From: Deltaproteobacteria bacterium
GTDB taxonomy: Bacteria; Myxococcota_A; Polyangia; Polyangiales; Houyiibacteriaceae
Length of the DNA: 38,272 bases
Assembly (NCBI GenBank): GCA_019309605.1
Contig: JAFDFW010000003.1
Coordinates: forward strand, 1 to 38,272
Direction of reading: 5' to 3'
Shown here: positions 18,301-28,348 of the stretch, in pieces
How positions within the stretch are numbered: the first letter of the stretch is position 1
Layout of the letters: each line of letters begins with the position of its first letter
Translations under genes and position numbers: made by a program
Notes under the pieces: generated by a model
Told to the model about the DNA's origin: nothing
Databases searched by the model: none
What the model saw: the letters and a program-made list of their open reading frames with translations, nothing else

Positions 18301-19703
18301 TCCAGGACGACACCAACGCTGCCGACATCATGATGGGAGACGTCGTTCGCCTAGAAGACGTGCTGAGCCGCGATTCGGTGACGTCGGTGGCCAAGTCTTT
18401 CTATGCGTTGTTTGGACTTCCCGTGCGCGTGATTTCCCACGAAGGCGACCTTCTGGCCGACGTGCACCGTGACCGCCCGCTCTGCAATTACGTCAACACG
18501 CTGAGCAACGGCGAGCTCGAGTGCGCGAACACCGTGGGCGTCGTTCGGGACTTGGAGCCGAACGGGGAGACCATCGTCCACCCATGCTTCACGGGCGCCG
18601 CCTATCGAATCACGCCCCTCACCTATCAGGGTCGCCCTATCGGCCGCCTAATCGTGGGTCCATACGTGCCCGCCGAGACCCAGGGCCCCCCTGCATCACT
18701 CACTTCCATCGACGATGCGATCGACGTCTCCGAGGCCCGTGGCCACTACGATCAAATGCCGCGCGTGCGCCAGGACATCGCCCAAGAACTCTGCGACCAC
18801 CTCAAAGGTGTCGTCGAGCTGCTCGTCTTCTCTGGTCATCGCGCACAGCTCGCCTCGACGATGCAAGTCGCCAGCGTGCGCGAAAACTACCGAGAGCTCG
18901 CCGAAAAGAACGAAGCACTGAAGACCTCGTACGACGAGTTGAAACAGCTCGATCAACTCAAGTCCACCTTCTTGGCCACCGTGAGCCACGAGCTCCGAAC
19001 TCCGCTCACTTCGATTATCGGCTATACCGAGATGCTCGAAAGCGGCGCCGCCGGAGCGCTCAGTGACGGCCAGGCGGAGTTCCTGAAGACGATTCGCGGC
19101 AAGGCCGATCAACTACTCGGTTTGATCAGCAGCCTACTCGACCTCGGCCGGCTCGAAGCCAAGAGCCTCGAACTCCACCACGAGGGGGTCGACCCGCGCG
19201 CCCTGCTCTCCGAGGTGGGCTCGACGATCGTGCCCAATGCCAACCGACGGAACGTCGCGCTCGACATCAAGGTCGCCGATGGCACTGCGAAAATTTGGGG
19301 AGATCCGGTTCGACTCCAGCAAATCGTGCTGAACCTCGCCGACAACGCGTTGAAATTCACTCGCGAAGGTGGCGAGGTCGTGCTCGGCGCAGAGCCAGGC
19401 GAACTCGATGCGGGGGGGCCAGCCGGTCTCGGCGTCGCCTTGTTCGCGGCAAGCCGGCCCGCCGTGGTGCTCACGGTGCGCGACACGGGCATGGGCATCC
19501 CCAAGGAGAACCTCTCTAGAATTTTCGATGCCTTCTATCAAATCGACGCGGGGACGACGCGAGCTCACGGGGGAGCCGGCCTCGGACTGTCGATCGTCAA
19601 GCAGCTCGTCGACGGCCATGGCGGAACGATCGAGGTGACGAGCGCGCCTGGCGAGGGCACACTCTTCACCGTGACGCTTCCGGCCGCCGACGACAATGCA
19701 TGA
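18297..19703 (+). CDS. soluble sensor histidine kinase with PocR-like Cys-containing N-terminal domain
   Basis: 468 aa with no TM helix. H-box FLATVSHELRTPLTSIIGYTEML and a HATPase_c domain (DTGMGIP, GGAGLGLSIV). The first ~130 aa show the PocR-like pattern (LCNYV...ELECAN...VHPCFTGAAY...GRPIGRLIVGP). No receiver gene is adjacent. Confidence 0.85.
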   Translation: MIQDDTNAADIMMGDVVRLEDVLSRDSVTSVAKSFYALFGLPVRVISHEGDLLADVHRDRPLCNYVNTLSNGELECANTVGVVRDLEPNGETIVHPCFTGAAYRITPLTYQGRPIGRLIVGPYVPAETQGPPASLTSIDDAIDVSEARGHYDQMPRVRQDIAQELCDHLKGVVELLVFSGHRAQLASTMQVASVRENYRELAEKNEALKTSYDELKQLDQLKSTFLATVSHELRTPLTSIIGYTEMLESGAAGALSDGQAEFLKTIRGKADQLLGLISSLLDLGRLEAKSLELHHEGVDPRALLSEVGSTIVPNANRRNVALDIKVADGTAKIWGDPVRLQQIVLNLADNALKFTREGGEVVLGAEPGELDAGGPAGLGVALFAASRPAVVLTVRDTGMGIPKENLSRIFDAFYQIDAGTTRAHGGAGLGLSIVKQLVDGHGGTIEVTSAPGEGTLFTVTLPAADDNA

Positions 19704-20559
19704 CGAGTTCGCCAAAATCGAATGGCTGAAAACCCGCTTCGAACTCGACGGCGACTCGAGGAAGGCAGTCGTCGGCATCGGAGACGATGCGGCAGTGATC
19801 GACTTCGGCCACCGGCCGACCATCGTCACGGTCGACACCCAGGTCGAAGGCGTGCACTTCCGGCGTGACCTAATCTCCTGTCGCGCCCTGGGATATCGGG
19901 CGGTCATTGCAGCCGTCAGCGACGTTTGGGCGATGGCCGCGATGCCAAGCGCCTCGGTCACCGCGCTCACCCTCCCGGCAGGTTTCTCGGATGAACAGTT
20001 TCGTGAGTTGATCGAAGGCATCGCCGAAGGCGCGTCCGAAACGGGAGCCCAAGTCATCGGCGGCAACCTGAGCCAGGGTCCCTCGCTCTCGGTGACGACG
20101 ACCGTGTTCGGCCTGCCCGCCGCCGAATCGGTGACCCGCGAGGGCGGAGGGCTAGGTGACTCGGTCTATGTGACGGGCACTCTAGGCTCGGCAGCGCTGG
20201 GGCTCGGGGTCCTAGAGGCCGCAGCAAGCGATCTCGATCAAGCGGCAGCCTTCATCGAGCGTTGGAGACGACCGCCGACCCATGGTCACGCGGCGCAAGC
20301 GCTTGCCGTCCTGGCGACCGCAGCGGTCGATGTCTCCGATGGCTGTCTGCAAGACCTACAGCACCTGTGCACTGCCTCAGGCGTTGGTGCGACCTTGCAC
20401 GCAGATGCGATCCCCACCGCACCTGGCTACCAGGCGACCTGCGAAGCGCTAGGCCTCGACCCGCTCCTGCTCGCGCTCACCGGCGGCGAAGACTACGAGC
20501 TGATGTTCACCGCACCGGAGTCCCCGGAGGCCGATGCCGATCGGCCGAACGGGTTTCCG

Positions 20560-21731
<1,172 letters not shown>

Positions 21732-21735
<4 letters not shown>

Positions 21736-22685
21736 TCGACCTCACCTACGGCGGGCCCCTCGGTGGTCTCGCCGGCGAAGAGATAGAGGAGCGCCATGCG
21801 CACAGCGAGGCCCGCTTCGACCTGCTCGAGGATGACGCTTCGTTCGCCGTCAGCGATGACGTTCTCGATCTCAATGCCGCGGTTCATCGGCCCGGGGTGC
21901 ATGACGATGGCGTCCGGTTTGGCGTGCTTGATGGCGGCCGGTCCGATGCCAAACGTGCGTGCATACTCGCGGAGGCTCGGCAAGAGGGCGCCCGCTAGGC
22001 GCTCTCGCTGGATGCGAAGGACCATGACGACGTCGGCTCCCTCGAGCGCCTCTTCCAGCCGGTCGAACACCCGCACTCCGAGAGAGTCGACTGCCGGCGG
22101 AAGCAAGGTACGCGGACCGACGACCCTGACCTCACACCCAAACAACTTCAACAGATGCGCGTTGGACCGTGCGACACGTGAGTGAGCGATGTCACCGACG
22201 ATGGTGACAACCAGATTGTCGAGCGTTCCCTTCTCACGCCGGATGGTGAACGCGTCAAGCAGCGCCTGCGTCGGATGCGCGTGCATTCCGTCACCCGCGT
22301 TGATGACGCTGCAACCGATTTTGGAGTCGACGTAGCCCGCTGCACCGGACGCGTTGTGTCGAATGACGATCACATCGGGGTGCATCGCCTCGAGCGTTCG
22401 GCAAGTGTCTTGAAGGGTCTCGCCCTTCTTCACGCTCGACGCGGACACGCTCATGTTGATGACGTCTGCGCTCAGGCGCTTTCCCGCGAGTTCAAAGGAT
22501 GTCCGGGTCCGCGTGGATGCCTCGTAGAACAGGTTGATGACCGTCTTGCCGCGAAGTGTCGGCACCTTGCGCACCGGGCGGCGCGACACCTGGAGGAATG
22601 CCTCCGCCGTGTCGAGGATCCGCTCGACATCGGCGCGCGTGAGGCCTTCGATATCGAGGAGGCTGCGGTGAGGGAACGCCTCCAT
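21732..22685 (-). CDS. pyrB: aspartate carbamoyltransferase catalytic subunit
   Basis: 317 aa from [15 protein letters not shown]. Motifs [21 protein letters not shown] and HPGPMNRG. The ATG shares one nt with the pyrR stop (TGATG). The 506-aa track ORF is an upstream extension. Confidence 0.95.
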
Positions 22686-23224
22686 CACTCCGTCTCCGTG
22701 ACCACCGCGCGATCCGGCCCTGCAGCGTCGACCCACACGTCGAGGCGCGCGCCAGGAGTCACCTCGATGGCGCGGCCGACGAAATCCGGTGCGATGGGCA
22801 GCTCTCGGCCCCCTCGGTCGCAAAGCGCCGCAAACCAAATCCGGGCAGGGCGTCCGTGGTCTTGCAGGCACTCGATGGCCGCGCGCACGGTGCGCCCCGT
22901 GTGAAGGACATCGTCGACGAGCACCACGTGCCGACCGCTCACCTCGAATGGGATATCGCTCGGCCCGATCTTGGGATTGGGGAGCGCCGTGGCCGCATCG
23001 TCCCGGTAGAGCGAGATGTCGACTGTGCCCACCGGCGGCGGCCTGCCCTCGACCTTCGCGATCTCGTCTGCAATCCGCTTCGACAGCGAGACGCCACCGC
23101 GACGAATGCCGACCAGGGTCAAGTCTTCGATGCCTGAGGTCGCTTCCAGAATCGCAACAGCAATGCGTCGGATGCTCCGTTGGATAGCGTCCGCATCGAG
23201 TACGACCTTCTGGGTTCGAGCCAC
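22685..23224 (-). CDS. pyrR: bifunctional pyrimidine operon regulator / uracil phosphoribosyltransferase PyrR
   Basis: 179 aa from the GTG at 23224 ([26 protein letters not shown]). PRPP-binding motif [13 protein letters not shown]. As sequenced it is also in frame with the upstream SDR with no intervening stop. Confidence 0.88.
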   Translation of the reverse strand: MARTQKVVLDADAIQRSIRRIAVAILEATSGIEDLTLVGIRRGGVSLSKRIADEIAKVEGRPPPVGTVDISLYRDDAATALPNPKIGPSDIPFEVSGRHVVLVDDVLHTGRTVRAAIECLQDHGRPARIWFAALCDRGGRELPIAPDFVGRAIEVTPGARLDVWVDAAGPDRAVVTETE

Positions 23225-23264
23225 GTCCGGCGGAGTGTGTGTGAAAACACACGGCGCATCAAGC

Positions 23265-24055
23265 CTAGGCGATCGACAGGCCCCCATCGACGACAGGCCC
23301 CCATCGATGGTGACCAGGCTTCCCGTTTGCCAAGTCTGGTCGAGCACGCTGAGGATGACGGCAGCGACTTCTTCAGGTTTTCCGAGCCGTCCAAGCGGGT
23401 GCAAGGCCGCCAGCGCCGCAATCTGAGATTCCACGCGCTCGTCGAGTTGGGCTGCGCTGAGCGACTCGCCGGGACGCAGGCGCGGGGCGCGAAGCATATC
23501 CGTCTCCACTCCGCCCGGCAGCACGGCGTTGACCCGCACACCGGCTGGCGCAAGCTCGAGGGCGAGGCCCTTGGTGAGCGTATTGAGAGCCGCCTTGGTG
23601 GCCGCGTAGACCGCCGTGCTCGGCGCGACATGCTCCGACAGCGTGCTCGACACGTTGACGATGGCCCCGCCCCTACCCCGAAGATGTTCGGCGACCGCCT
23701 GCGACAACAACAGTGGCGCAACGAGGTTGACGCGCAGCTGCGTCTCGATCGATTGGAGGCCGATGGCAGCGACGGGCTCATAGACGGCGACCCCGGCGCA
23801 GTTCACCAAGCCGTCGACTGATCCAAAGGCATCGATGGCGCGCTTCGCCGCAGCGGGCACGCCCGCCACGTCCTCGAGGTTCACGGCCAGAGCTCGGATA
23901 CGACCCGGCGCGGACGCTTCGAGCGCACGCAGGGCCTCCTCGTTGCGGGCGATGGCGACGACCTTCCCGCCGCGTGCCAGGATCGCGTCGACGGTGGCGC
24001 GTCCGATTCCGCGGGTCGCGCCGGTGACGATCACGGTGCCTCCTGAAACCGTCAT
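23265..24055 (-). CDS. classical short-chain dehydrogenase/reductase; stop codon lost through the 17-bp duplication, so the ORF reads on into pyrR
   Basis: Cofactor motif TGATRGIG, NVSS, catalytic YAATK, and a C-terminal TIDGG. The ATG at 24055 follows the upstream stop by 1 nt (TGAGATG). With one repeat copy the gene would end ...TIDGGLSIA-TAG at 23267-23265. As sequenced there is no stop before 22685. Confidence 0.8.
23274..23307. repeat. perfect 17-bp tandem duplication (2 copies)
   Basis: The plus strand reads cgacaggcccccatcga at 23274-23290 and again at 23291-23307. The repeat sits on the last codons of the SDR gene. Confidence 0.95.
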
Positions 24056-24056
24056 C

Positions 24057-24803
24057 TCAACCCAAGCCCGCGACGGGGCCCCATGGTGGTTCGGCAGAGA
24101 CGTCGGCCGGCTGCCCGGCAACCTCGATTTCGTCCTCCGGAATGAAGCGCGGCAAGTCGACGCAGAGGATCGCTTGATGCCGGTCAGTCGGGTTCGCGTA
24201 CGTATGCGCGGCACCCTTCGGCCAGCGGTGCACCGTCCCGGGCGCGCAGGGCTGCCCCTGACAAACGAGCCCTTCGCCCAATATCATCTCGGACTCCCGC
24301 ATCTGCTGGTGTACGTGAAGCGGTATGCTCTTGCCTGGGGCGACGTTCAGCCGGTAGATGCCCGCACCCTTGGTCTCGTAGATCACATCCACAGTGCCGA
24401 ATGGCTTGCGCTCAATTTCGAAGTTGCACCACGAAGCGCTGCGTTCGATCTCGAGTGAAGGGACCGCTAACCCACGAAGCGCGCCGGGCTTGGTGAGACG
24501 GACCACGACGGAGTCGACCTGAGCGCGGCGTTCGTCGGGCGCTGGAGGCGCGAGGATGTATCGGGCCAGTACGTGCCCGGCGGTTTCGAGGAGGCCAAAG
24601 CGACAGCTACGCAAGAGGAACGCAATTTGCGAGGCGGTGGCGGCGTAGTCGATCGTGGCGCGCAAGCTCTCTTTGACGGCGGACGTTTCGGTTTCGAGCC
24701 GCATCTCGATGTCGACACGGAGCGGCTGCGAAGCATTGCGTTCGTGCGGGTACACCCCGACGACACAGTCGACCATCAGCTCCTCGATGCGCAGGACATC
24801 CAT
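24057..24803 (-). CDS. dihydroneopterin aldolase (FolB) domain fused to a cupin domain
   Basis: 248 aa from MDVLRIEELMV. The N-terminal ~120 aa align with FolB and conserve its catalytic positions (GVYPHER, IDYAA, LTKPGAL). The C-terminal part has both cupin motifs (PLHVHQQMRESEMILGEG and GTVHRWPKGAAHTYAN). Confidence 0.78.
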   Translation of the reverse strand: MDVLRIEELMVDCVVGVYPHERNASQPLRVDIEMRLETETSAVKESLRATIDYAATASQIAFLLRSCRFGLLETAGHVLARYILAPPAPDERRAQVDSVVVRLTKPGALRGLAVPSLEIERSASWCNFEIERKPFGTVDVIYETKGAGIYRLNVAPGKSIPLHVHQQMRESEMILGEGLVCQGQPCAPGTVHRWPKGAAHTYANPTDRHQAILCVDLPRFIPEDEIEVAGQPADVSAEPPWGPVAGLG

Positions 24804-24852
24804 GCTGCCAAGGCTATCCCATTTCGAGACTTCTGCTAGAGTCCCGCTGCCC

Positions 24853-26130
24853 ATGAGCCAGCCCGACTCCAACCCTATGAACGACGTAGCGGAGCTTGCT
24901 GCCTTTCGGCCCGTCCCGCGTACCGGCGTCATCTACGTCACGGTCGAAGCCCAGAAGCGTGGTTTCAGTCTCGACGCGCCGGGCTGGTGCAATCTCGGGC
25001 AGGGCCAGCCGGACACCGGAGGTCTTCCAGGCGCACCGGAGCGCGTGACCAACATCCCCGTCCACTCGGGCGACCTCGACTACGCGCCGGTTGCCGGGGT
25101 ATGGGAGCTGCGTGAAGCCGTGGCCGGGCTCTACAACAAGCTGTTCCGCCAGGGAATGAAGTCCCAGTACTCGGCGGAGAACGTCTGCATCGCCGGCGGC
25201 GGACGCGTCGCGGTCATGCGCGCGTGCGCGGCGATCGCGCCCATTCACCTCGGACACTTTCTACCGGACTACACCGCGTATGAAGAGCTGCTCGACGTGT
25301 TCCGGCGCTTCTTGCCGATCCCGATTCTGCTCGACCCGAAGCACGGGTACGAGTTCACGCGCGAGGAGCTCGAGGAGGAGATCCTCGGACGCGGCCTCAG
25401 CGCGATCTTGGCGAGCAACCCCTGCAACCCGACCGGCAAAGCCGTGCAGGGAGACGCGCTTGCGAGCTGGGTCGACACAGCGCGGGATTTGAACTGCGCG
25501 CTCTTGCTCGACGAGTTCTACTCGCACTACGTGTGGACCGGAGACCAATCGATCGTCAGCGCGGCGCAATACGTCGAGGACGTCGACAAAGACCCGATTG
25601 TCGTGTTCGACGGGCTCACGAAGAACTGGCGGTACCCTGGCTTCCGCGTAAGTTGGATCGTCGGACCGAAGCGCGTCATCGAGTCGTCCGCGAGCGCGGG
25701 GTCGTTTCTCGACGGCGGCGGGGTGGCCCCGATGCAACGTGCGGCGATCGATCTCGTCCAGGAAGAGCCGACGCTTGCCGAAGCCAAGGCGATTCAAACC
25801 GAGTTCAAAAAGAAGCGGCACTTTCTCGTGAAGAGTCTGAAAGACATCGGCGTGCGGTTCGACCTCGAGCCCCAGGGCACCTTCTACGCGTGGGGAGATC
25901 TGAGCGGCCTGCCCCCTTCACTTCGCAACAGCGATGACTTCTTCAAGGCAGCCCTCGACCGGCAGGTCATCTGCGTGCCGGGTCACTTCTTCGACGTGAA
26001 CCCGGGCAAGCGCCGAACCGGCCGGCCCTCCCGCTTCGTCCAGCACATGCGCTTTTCATTCGGGCCGCCCATGCCCGTCCTCGAAGAGGCCGTGGATCGA
26101 CTCCGAGCCATGGTCGCAGACGCCACATAG
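24853..26130 (+). CDS. PLP-dependent class I/II aminotransferase
   Basis: 425 aa from MSQPDSNPMND. Features YAPVAGVWELREAV, NPCNPTG and the lysine motif GLTKNWRYPGFRVSW. Divergent from the FolB-cupin gene across a 49-bp spacer. Confidence 0.85.
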   Translation: MSQPDSNPMNDVAELAAFRPVPRTGVIYVTVEAQKRGFSLDAPGWCNLGQGQPDTGGLPGAPERVTNIPVHSGDLDYAPVAGVWELREAVAGLYNKLFRQGMKSQYSAENVCIAGGGRVAVMRACAAIAPIHLGHFLPDYTAYEELLDVFRRFLPIPILLDPKHGYEFTREELEEEILGRGLSAILASNPCNPTGKAVQGDALASWVDTARDLNCALLLDEFYSHYVWTGDQSIVSAAQYVEDVDKDPIVVFDGLTKNWRYPGFRVSWIVGPKRVIESSASAGSFLDGGGVAPMQRAAIDLVQEEPTLAEAKAIQTEFKKKRHFLVKSLKDIGVRFDLEPQGTFYAWGDLSGLPPSLRNSDDFFKAALDRQVICVPGHFFDVNPGKRRTGRPSRFVQHMRFSFGPPMPVLEEAVDRLRAMVADAT

Positions 26131-26223
26131 GCGCGGCCGCAACTAGCCGAAACCAGATCGGAATTCGCTGCCGCCACACCGCTTTTTTCCGTTTTCTCGC
26201 GTATGTGGGTGATCATACTACAT

Positions 26224-27087
26224 ATGACGACATCTGCAGCGGTCGCGGCGAGGATCGGGCAACAGCCACGGGAGGCAGCCCCCTTTGTGAAGTGGGTCGG
26301 GGGCAAGGGCCGATTGCTGAGCCAGCTGCGACCGCTGCTCCCTTCGGGGGTAGAGCACATGCGCCACGTCGAGCCCTTCGTCGGCGGCGGCGCGCTCTTT
26401 TTTTCGCGCCGCCCCGGGCGAGCGCTGCTTACGGACATCAACCCGACGCTAGTGGCGGCGTACTCCGCCATTCGTGACGACGTCGAAGGCGTGATCGCCG
26501 CGTTGAGCAGGCTTGCCGGCCGCCATTCGAAGGAAACTTACTACCAGGTTCGCGAACGCTACAACCAGGGTCGGCGCGTCTCCACCTCGAAGCGCGCAGC
26601 GATGTTCATCTACCTCAACAAGACCTGCTTCAACGGATTGCATCGTGTGAATCGCAAGGGTCAGTTCAATGTGCCGGTCGGGTCGTACAAGAACCCGCGT
26701 ATCTTGAACGAGGACGGTCTACGCGCCGCGAGTCACGCACTGAAATCTGCGCAACTAGAGTGCGCGCCGTTCGATGCGCTGATCGAGAACGCGAAGCCCG
26801 GCGACTTCGTCTACTTCGACCCGCCCTACGAACCCGTCTCCCAAACCGCGAGCTTCACATCTTACGCGCGCGAGGGATTCTCCAGAGAGGACCAAACGCG
26901 GCTGCGTGACGTCTACAAAGCCCTCAACCGTCGAGGCTGCAATCTCATGCTCTCCAACAGCGACGTCCCGTTCATCCGCGACCTCTACAGCGACTTCGAC
27001 ATCGACACCGTAGCCGCTCCCCGCGCCATCAACTGCGACGCAACGAAGCGCGGCAAAGTAAGCGAAGTCGTAATCCGCAATTACTAG
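26224..27087 (+). CDS. Dam-family (alpha-class) DNA N6-adenine methyltransferase, no adjacent nuclease
   Basis: Motifs FVKWVGGKGRLL (Dam KWAGGK), EPFVGGGALFF (SAM binding) and VYFDPPY (catalytic DPPY). The start is ambiguous: ATG at 26224 or at 26203. Confidence 0.85.
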   Translation: MTTSAAVAARIGQQPREAAPFVKWVGGKGRLLSQLRPLLPSGVEHMRHVEPFVGGGALFFSRRPGRALLTDINPTLVAAYSAIRDDVEGVIAALSRLAGRHSKETYYQVRERYNQGRRVSTSKRAAMFIYLNKTCFNGLHRVNRKGQFNVPVGSYKNPRILNEDGLRAASHALKSAQLECAPFDALIENAKPGDFVYFDPPYEPVSQTASFTSYAREGFSREDQTRLRDVYKALNRRGCNLMLSNSDVPFIRDLYSDFDIDTVAAPRAINCDATKRGKVSEVVIRNY

Positions 27088-27097
27088 GCAATGGGAG

Positions 27098-28297
27098 CTA
27101 ATCCCTCATCCGTGCATAGGCGGGGAGGCCCCAGGCCGCGGTTGCTGCGGCGAGTGGCGCGAAGACGGCGGCTATGCCGGCGAGGGCGATGTGTAGGGTG
27201 TTATCACCACCTAGGACGTGAGTGGTGAGTGCGCCCACCAGAGGCGGGCCGAGGCCCAGGCCGAAGAGGTTTGCGGCGAACAGAAGGATTGCGGACGCGA
27301 GTGCTCGCATTTCGTTGGGTGTGGAGAGTTGGAGCGCGGCAATCGCTGGGCCGACGTAACTGCTCATCAGGAACAAGATCGGCGCTGCCATCCAGAGCGC
27401 GCCCTGCTGGGTGGGCATGAGGGGTCCGAGGGTCCCCGGCACGATCCAGAACAGCGCGGCCAGCACCAGTACGCGCATGTTGGCGTCGGCGTATCGATGG
27501 CTCAGCCGTTCGGCCAAGAATCCGCCGGTCAGCGCACCGACGCTCCCGGCGATGATGAAGATCCAGCCAAACGTGGGCCCAACCTGGCTAGCCTCCGAGC
27601 CGAAGTTGCGGATCAGCATCTCGACGTACCAGGTGATCGTCCCGTACCCGAGCACCGACAGCATCGAGACACTTCCTAGGATCGCGCCGTAGAATCGCGC
27701 GTGTGCCCGGAAATACCGAAGCACCTCGCGAATCGGCGCCCCCTCCCCTTCGGCACGCGTCCGGCCCCTCCGCCTGGGCTCTCGGATCGTCCAGGCCAAC
27801 GCACCGATCGCGAAACCCGGGAGGCCCACCAAGATGAACGTCAGCTGCCAAGGCTCGAGCGAGCCGACGACAGGGACGAACAGCTCCGTGTCACCGACTG
27901 CGCCCAACACCCAGCCGCCGATCATGTAGGCCATCCCGCCGCCGATGCTGATCCCCAAGGTGAACACGGACATGGCGCGAGGCAGCAGCTTGGCCGGAAA
28001 CAGGTCGCTCATCAGCGAATGCGCGGGCGGCGACAACGCGGCCTCGCCAAGCCCGACCCCCATCCGCGCCACGAACAAACTGCCAAAACTGCTCACCAAC
28101 CCGCATGCGCAAGTCATCACCGACCAGAACAACACGCCGACCCCGACGATTGTCCGGCGGCTCCCTCGGTCGGCCAATCGTCCGATGGGCAGGCCGAGGA
28201 ACGTGTAGAAGACGGTGAACGCCAGCCCGTGCAGCAGGCCGTATTGGAAGTCCGTGATCTCGAACGATTTGCGGATCGGCCCGACGAGGATCGCCAT
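27098..28297 (-). CDS. MFS transporter (Spinster-like), lacking a complete TM1 as encoded
   Basis: 399-aa polytopic protein. MFS signature GLPIGRLADRGSRR between TM2 and TM3. The first canonical start (ATG 28297) falls after the conserved SFIDRN motif, which is encoded in frame upstream but is cut off by the mlaF stop. Confidence 0.75.
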   Translation of the reverse strand: MAILVGPIRKSFEITDFQYGLLHGLAFTVFYTFLGLPIGRLADRGSRRTIVGVGVLFWSVMTCACGLVSSFGSLFVARMGVGLGEAALSPPAHSLMSDLFPAKLLPRAMSVFTLGISIGGGMAYMIGGWVLGAVGDTELFVPVVGSLEPWQLTFILVGLPGFAIGALAWTIREPRRRGRTRAEGEGAPIREVLRYFRAHARFYGAILGSVSMLSVLGYGTITWYVEMLIRNFGSEASQVGPTFGWIFIIAGSVGALTGGFLAERLSHRYADANMRVLVLAALFWIVPGTLGPLMPTQQGALWMAAPILFLMSSYVGPAIAALQLSTPNEMRALASAILLFAANLFGLGLGPPLVGALTTHVLGGDNTLHIALAGIAAVFAPLAAATAAWGLPAYARMRD

Positions 28298-28348
28298 GAC
28301 GTTGCGATCGATGAACGACAGGATGTACGCGAGCAGTAACGCTATGGC

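Noticed and set aside
23225-23264. Search for a PyrR binding loop or attenuator in the spacer before pyrR. I noticed a small GUGUG-UUUU-CACAC hairpin at 23239-23252.
   Set aside because: The stem is only 5 bp. There is no UCCAGAGAGG-like PyrR motif and no U tract after it. This is insufficient to call a regulatory RNA.
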